Origin: Macrostomum lignano
Taxonomy: Eukaryota
Length of the DNA: 64,000 bases
Direction of reading: 5' to 3'
NCBI GenBank assembly: GCA_002269645.1
Contig: NIVC01003872.1
Location: forward strand, 1 to 64,000
Part shown: positions 57,701 to 64,000 of the stretch, piece by piece
Position numbering within the stretch: the stretch's first letter is position 1
How the letters are laid out: each line of letters starts with the position of its first letter
Made by a program: the position numbers and the translations under genes
Notes under the pieces: model-generated
The model's database searches: none
The model's input: the letters and a program-made list of their open reading frames with translations, nothing else
What the model was told of the DNA's origin: nothing

Positions 57701-59759
57701 TGGCTGAAGGAGTACATCTGGTCCGCCATAGGCAGCTTCATGCAGCAGGGCCAGGATTTCTATCCATTCGCCATGAGCCCCCGGACTGTTTTGGCGTTCT
57801 GGTGGATGCTCACTGTGATCATTTTTGGCACCTATACAGGTAAGTGTAGTGAGTGAAACGAGACTAGACTGCTTGTTGTATAGGACTCGTTATTCTGCGC
57901 AAATCTGCGCTTGCGTGCGCATTTTCGCGAACTACAGGGTTGCTGTAGTTTGTTTTTGTTGTTGTTGTTGTCGTTGTCGTCGATAGTTGCCGAAAGCTTG
58001 CAGGCGAGAAGAATTGCGATCAGTATATTTATTGAGTAATTGAGCTGAGTCAAGCTAAAGTCGCACCATGCACATTTGATATTGTACGCATAAGGGGAGA
58101 GCTAGCAGAATCACGCGGCGCAGCCGCTAACAACCGCCCCAACACACACGATAGTAGGCGCTGCCTACAGTAAGTGTTCGAAAAGCCTTTTTGAGGCAAA
58201 CGCTTTGTAGCTCGTATAGAAACATGAGCACAGTTTGTTTTTTAATGCCGCTATAAACTCCTATATCCGTCCCGATGAAGGCGATTTGACCTCAAAACTG
58301 GCCGTGACGGTTTCCAAGTACCCAATCGAAAGCCTGGAACAGCTGGTGTCCCTGCCGCAGTACAAGGCCATGGTGCCGCTCGGGACCAACATCTACTCTT
58401 CGATGATGGCCGCCACAGAGGGACCGCTGGTCAAGCTGCGGCAGATGAAAGTGCTGACGCAGTCCTTTGACACCTGCGCCATGAGTGTGAGCTACTAGCG
58501 CCAGCTGTACAAGCGCATTTGCACCAAACCACAGTTCATTACACAAGCTTAAGCTGCAATCAAACTGCTTTCAATTCTTTCAGCTGATTACCAGCACGGA
58601 TCCTTACCTGGTGTGCATCTCTGACGTGAACGTGAACCTTCTGTACGCCAGCCGGTACTGCCAGTACGTGTACAATGTTTACAACTACTTCAATCCGTAC
58701 TACATTGCAATCGCCTTTCCAAAGGACTCATATTATATCGATGCATTCAACTTTTTGTAAGTAAAACTTCATTCTGACGCTTTGCGATGCTCTTTAATGC
58801 GTTTATATTAGTCTCAAAACGAAAATCTGAAACGAAAGGCAAAATGAACTCTTGGATTGGCAAATGGTGCTTTCAAGTAGCTTGTACTTATAATTTGTGG
58901 TTCACGCACATCAGTAAAACAAATTTAACTTTATTCAAATTTCAAAAATTTTATGAAAAGCAGCTGTAAGTTATTATCCAAAAACTAAACTATTAAAACT
59001 GACTAAACTTAGATGTTGCAGTAACACGTGGGATGCATTTGCATGTATTAACAGCTAGAAATTTTTTCTGCTTGAATCGAATACTTCTAGTTAATATTTG
59101 GTATTGTCTTTAAGTGACTAATGGTACTATATTTAAATTCGAAAACTTCTTATTGTTATTTTAGGTTCTTTTCGTAAATCTATGCGTATAATTTTTGGCC
59201 TACGAGCTACAATGTTACGACGTTAAGACGAAAGAACGTCATTAAGAAAACGTAAAAAATTAGCAAAACAATTAGATCTCTGGGAAATAAAGCCAGGTGT
59301 CATCGTTATATTTCACCGTTATATTTTAGTTTAGCCCTAAATACCAATTAAAGGCAAATTAAAATTTCGCTAATGAAACTAAGAAACTTTTGATTCAATA
59401 ATCATACAGACTTTTTAATAACTCTTTATTAATATTATCTTATCTTTTTATAATAACTCATACTTATTATTCTGGGTACGAAAGCGTAAAGGCAGCATTT
59501 GCCTGCCAATTGCAGCATTCAGCGTGGCAAAGCTGCGGGCGTGGTCGACCTGATCAACAGCAAGTACATTCCACTGACCTCAGACTGCGGCACGGGCGCC
59601 ACAGCGGCTGCCGAGGCGGCGGCCATCCCGCTGGAGGGCGTGGGAGGCGCCTACATCCTCAGCTTGGGGCTGTACGTGTGCGGCTTCCTCATCCTGCTGG
59701 TGGAGCTGCTCTGGGTGATCCTCATGAAGAAGGAAACGCTGGATTTTCCAGGATTTTGA
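54741..59759 (+). CDS. Divergent ionotropic glutamate receptor-like subunit, paralog 1 (ATD, S1, M1-M3, S2, M4), 831 aa
   Basis: 13 phase-consistent exons: 54741-54975, 55319-55456, 55542-55652, 55725-55906, 55969-56181, 56261-56413, 56602-56835, 57075-57172, 57245-57338, 57425-57839, 58281-58486, 58584-58756 and 59516-59759 (2496 nt). Signal peptide; EADITIPMAINTFRSKVIDYS; pore SFMQQG; M3 WWMLTVIIFGTYTGDLTSKL; M4 LEGVGGAYILSLGL. Confidence 0.92.
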
Positions 59760-60030
59760 GACTGCTCAGATCTCCGAATACTTTTCATTTGTGGTCTGCT
59801 CTGATATTAGACTTGCAGTGAAGTCTACAAATGCACCTATTAATTCGCACCTGAGCTCACGTCTACGGTAGAGTGAGTCTGATGCGCTACAAGACAAGCA
59901 CTTTATTCCCACACGTACGCTCGTACCACAGATATAGGGAGCAAAAAAAGTCATTTAATTTGGATTCAACTCTAAGGTAACCCCACGGCATAGAGTAATG
60001 TTTTCTGACTGCGTCACACCGGCTCGATAG

Positions 60031-60066
<36 letters not shown>

Positions 60067-61129
60067 AAATTTTTTTTAAAAATATCGATCCATCCATCTG
60101 TCGGGTTTTTAGGTGACTCTGAATATAACAGAGCATTCGCGCTTGAACTGCCAATATCGATTCTTGGATCCCTGATTAATTGAACAGTCTGCAGTTAATT
60201 GGATGCCGTAAATTATCAGAGATTTTCTATATTCTTGCTATCAATATTGAGTCCTCAGATGTAGATTTTGACATAAAACGAAATACATTTCCGTTAATGA
60301 AATGGTGAGTCAGCTGTCTCAACACCAAGCAGCTCAAGAATATTCGCTTTATACCACTAGTGACGAGCTTAGTATATGAACGAAGCAGTGCCTCAACTTC
60401 TCAAAAACTTCCTCTTTAAAAGGATGAATCAAAAGTGTTGTGAAGAAGATGATTTCAATTTTTGCAGCGTAACTAAAAGCAGGTATTAAGAAAGCTAATT
60501 ACTATTACAGAAATATTCACTATGGGCCAAGATGTCTTTTTGTGTCCTTTGCCCATCTGAAAGCGGCTGTGGCTCACTGTGAAACAGCCGTGTTTGCTAC
60601 TCTGCCAAAGCTGCTCATGTGCAACGTGAGCTGAACATGGAATCGAACATGGCAACGCCATTAATTTGCAGATTACTTTAAAAAGAACAGAAATGGTCAA
60701 TCCTATTGATAAATCGACCATGACCCATCGAAAACGACGTAAAGAGCCCCTTCGGATCATCTTGCATAACCATCAAAAATGCGACACCATGTAAAAACAA
60801 GCTATTCGCGACACAACAAGACTGCCAAGGGCTGGTAACGCAAACCAAAGAAGAATTTCTTGAAAAATGCAGTCTGTCCTCCAAGGCAAAGCATCTTCGC
60901 CAAAGCTCTTAATTAACGCGAATCAATGCATTGGATATTCAAGTTTACAAGGGGACTCGCCATGAGAAAATGGAGCTTTTCCTAATAACGAGGCCAATAA
61001 TTAGAATGCATCAGCTTTCCTGAGTAGTCCGTCAGAGGCCCCCAGTATAAAAATCTGACTGTAGCGTCGAATTCTCCAATCTGCCCGAAAAAATCTACGC
61101 TCGAAACAACAACAAATCTAGCCAGTGAG

Positions 61130-64000
61130 ATGCCTGATACTAAAGCTTCTGACCGAGCTGTCGCCGCGCCGCTCTGCGCTCTCCTCGCGCTGTCCACCTG
61201 CGCAGGAGCCGTCAAACTGGCGGTGGTCTCTCAGAACGGCAGCATTGGAGACTTGGCCGTGAGCCGAGCCATCGACCTGCTCATCAACAACTACTGGAAG
61301 CTGACGGCATTCAAGACAAACCCCATGACGCACGTCTTTGTTCAGGCCAGCGATGCTGTCGAGGCTATGCGAGCTGGTACGCGTGCGCTGGTATACTCAC
61401 TGCATCGCCAGTTAATGCAGTATAATTTTGAGCCACGGAGCGAACCATTTCAACCCCAATTTTTACGGAAGGTAGCCGAATTTTAGGTTTAGGTACAAAT
61501 GATTTTTTCATGTCCGTAAAATTCCAGTGTGCAACACACCCGGCCTGCACGGAGTAGTCGCCGTGGGCTCCTGCGCCTTCGTGACCGACGTTCTGGCCGT
61601 CTCCACCTCAATCAGCGTGCCGGCCGTCGCTGTCTTTCGCGATCTCTGCTTCATCAACAATACCAATCGTATTTATATTTATTAAACTCTGTCTTTATGG
61701 CATGTGCTCCATGAAACAGTCAGTTAAAGAGTTTGCATTCCTCACAATTTTGCAGCCGTGACTCTAATCTCGAACCCGGACGTCGGAACTTTCCTGGAAG
61801 CTGCTGCGACAATCGTGAGTCGGCTCGAGCAAAAGGCCATCGTTGTCTTTTACGATAAGTATCAAGGTAAGTCTCAAAGGTGCACGTACAGCTTTGCAGT
61901 GTGAGTCTCACAAGCTCTCTAATCTGATTGCAGATCACCGTCTTCTGGAGAAGCTGCAGCAACTGCTATCGGATAAAAGCATCCCCAGCCTGACTTTCCA
62001 AATCGATGACTCAGCAAGCAACCTGACCAGCATACTGAGAAACGTCGTTTGGAAGCGTTATCGAAACACATTGGTTCTGTGCACGCCTGAAAATGTCAAC
62101 GCCGTTTTACGAGAGGTGCGAATTCATAATTGTTTTTGGCACACTTTATACCTATCCTGGCATTCACTAAGAGCATGTTAATTCATTAGAGCCTTTCTCA
62201 ACACAGGCTCGGAACACGGGCACACTGAAACTCAACTACTTCTGGACAGTGATCGACACGGGAGTTCGACTTGTGTCCATCGAGGACCTGCTCCCTACAA
62301 ACGAGTCTGCAAACATTCTTGTGATCCGAGAGTCGCCCATAGACTTGAAAACGGCCTCAGCCGGTTGCACCTCACAGCTCAAGGCCGTGTTTCCGGACTG
62401 CCAAATGAGAAAATACTCGGTAAGCCTTTATTTACACACTTCTGCAATAGATTCTAGGCGCTGTCACCAGCCCCAGACTCTGATCATGACTGTAGATGCT
62501 GGAGATGAAGGCAGTAGAGGCCGTGCTGTCGTTCGCCAGCGCTACGCAGAGCCTACTGGACAGTTCCGGTCTTCCTGCCAGCAACGCGTCGTGTCGGCCG
62601 TTGCAGCCGTGGTCGGCGGGTCCCGCACTAGCTGCGCAGCTGAAGCAGGTACGGATCGTACCGGAGCAGGTGCTCATGGATGATGTCGTCTGTCTCAGTC
62701 TGCTCAGTCGAAACCGTTCACCTTTGTAGCTGCGACAGCCGCTGTCAGCTGGGAGCAGCTGGACACCCAGCGACTACTTTCTGGAGGTGCAGGCGACGTT
62801 CCACGACGAGTTCTCCGACCCGGTCCGGTTCGTCAACAGCGGCCGTTTCTTTGTAGGGAACGGCTCTTTAGAGGTCAGCTTCCGCTACAGAGGTCGGAGC
62901 CTCATCTTCCCCAACACGTTTATCGACTTTAAGAACAAGACTATTCGGATTTGTTCTGTTGCGGTTCGTTGATTTTTCTTGTTAGTAAACCAACTGTCGT
63001 GTCCTCTTTGTTTCGCATTTGTTTCGCATTGTTTCGCATTTTAGACGAAACCACAAACTGAGTACTCAAACGGAACTTTTGGCGTTGCCTCGGGTATCAC
63101 TGCTGATCTGGCAGCTTTCTTTTCAAAACATCTGAATTTTAGGTAATGCCGAGTTAAGAGATGTTGATGTTATTTAAGTCGAACAGCTGAATCTCAAATT
63201 TTTATTTTAATCGGAAACACTTTTTTACTTTCAGTTACACGATTTTTACGCCCCCAGACAACCAGTTTGGGGCTCCAGTCCCTGGCTCGCTCTTCTACAC
63301 AGGCTGTATCGGAATGGTTCAGAAGGGAGTGAGTGCCCTTGTTTTTTCCTTTTGCGAGAAATAAATATGCTGAATAGAGACTACATTAAGCTGGAAACGG
63401 TCCGCGGACGAATTGCAGGAGGCCGACTTTGCTACGCCCTTTGCCACCACGTTGATCCGGTCGCAGGTGATTGACTATTCAGAAGAGTTTATTTTCTCCT
63501 CCAACACCATTCTGGTGAAAAGACCCATGGCCGAGTCCAAGCTGTGGAATGTGTTTGCGCCGCTCTACTGGGATTCCTGGACTCTAATTGTGAGCATGTT
63601 TTTGGTAGTGCCGCTTCTCATCTACGGGTTGGCTAGCAGCAGCTCATTCACTGGCTGGAACCTTCAACTCAGCTTCGCCTTTGCTGACGAGGTCTGGCTG
63701 AAGGATTACATTTGGTCAGCGATTGGCAGCTTCATGCAGCAGGGTCAGGACTTTTATCCCTTTGCCATGAGTCCTCGAGTGGTGATGGCTTTCTGGTGGA
63801 TGTTGACGGTTATCATATTCGCTTCGTACACTGGTAAGTTTGGTGCGTCTGTGACTTGTCAGCAATGCATGAAACCATGCAGCAATACAGGGACTCTCAT
63901 TTGCAGGTGACCTCACGGCCAAGCTGGCAGTGACTGTGGCCAAGTACCCAATCCAGAGCTTGGACGATCTCATCTCCAAGCCGCACTACAAGGCCATGCT
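61130..64000 (+). CDS. Divergent ionotropic glutamate receptor-like subunit, paralog 2 (3'-truncated by the window)
   Basis: Exons 61130-61376, 61528-61668, 61756-61866, 61934-62115, 62207-62419, 62496-62648, 62730-62963, 63045-63142, 63235-63328, 63419-63833 and 63907 onward. Exons 3-10 have the same lengths as in paralog 1. Motifs SFMQQG and ASYTGDLTAKL. Confidence 0.92.

Noticed and set aside
60473-60760. IPCSAH resembling the hAT transposase CxAH motif
   Set aside because: A single short motif with no other transposase blocks.

Overview
Eukaryotic (metazoan) genomic DNA. GC-rich exons are separated by introns that are often almost entirely minisatellite, a style I associate with a Macrostomum-like flatworm (inference only). 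Genes reconstructed by hand from GT..AG sites and exon phase: (1) an unidentified, frameshifted low-complexity gene (minus, about 2510-8592, continuing off the left end); (2) a TESK/LIMK-family kinase (minus, 3 exons, 517 aa); (3) a Ror/MuSK-type receptor tyrosine kinase with Ig, Frizzled CRD, kringle, TM and kinase domains (minus, 9 exons, 995 aa); (4) a BAMBI-like single-pass three-finger protein (plus, N-terminus unresolved); (5) two tandem divergent ionotropic glutamate receptor-like genes (plus; one complete with 13 exons and 831 aa, the second running off the right end). Mobile DNA includes a 5'-truncated RNase H-bearing LINE, a 1.4 kb long-TIR element carrying an inverted LINE RT fragment, and two copies of a roughly 290 bp hAT-type MITE with 14-bp TIRs and 8-bp TSDs. 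The most unexpected observation is that this MITE carries an antisense ~64-nt piece of the conserved 28S rRNA core. Its flanks are preserved, but in both copies the centre is disrupted where R2 and I-PpoI cut. More than 20 distinct tandem arrays account for most long ORFs in the supplied track. All alignments were done by eye and no database searches were run.
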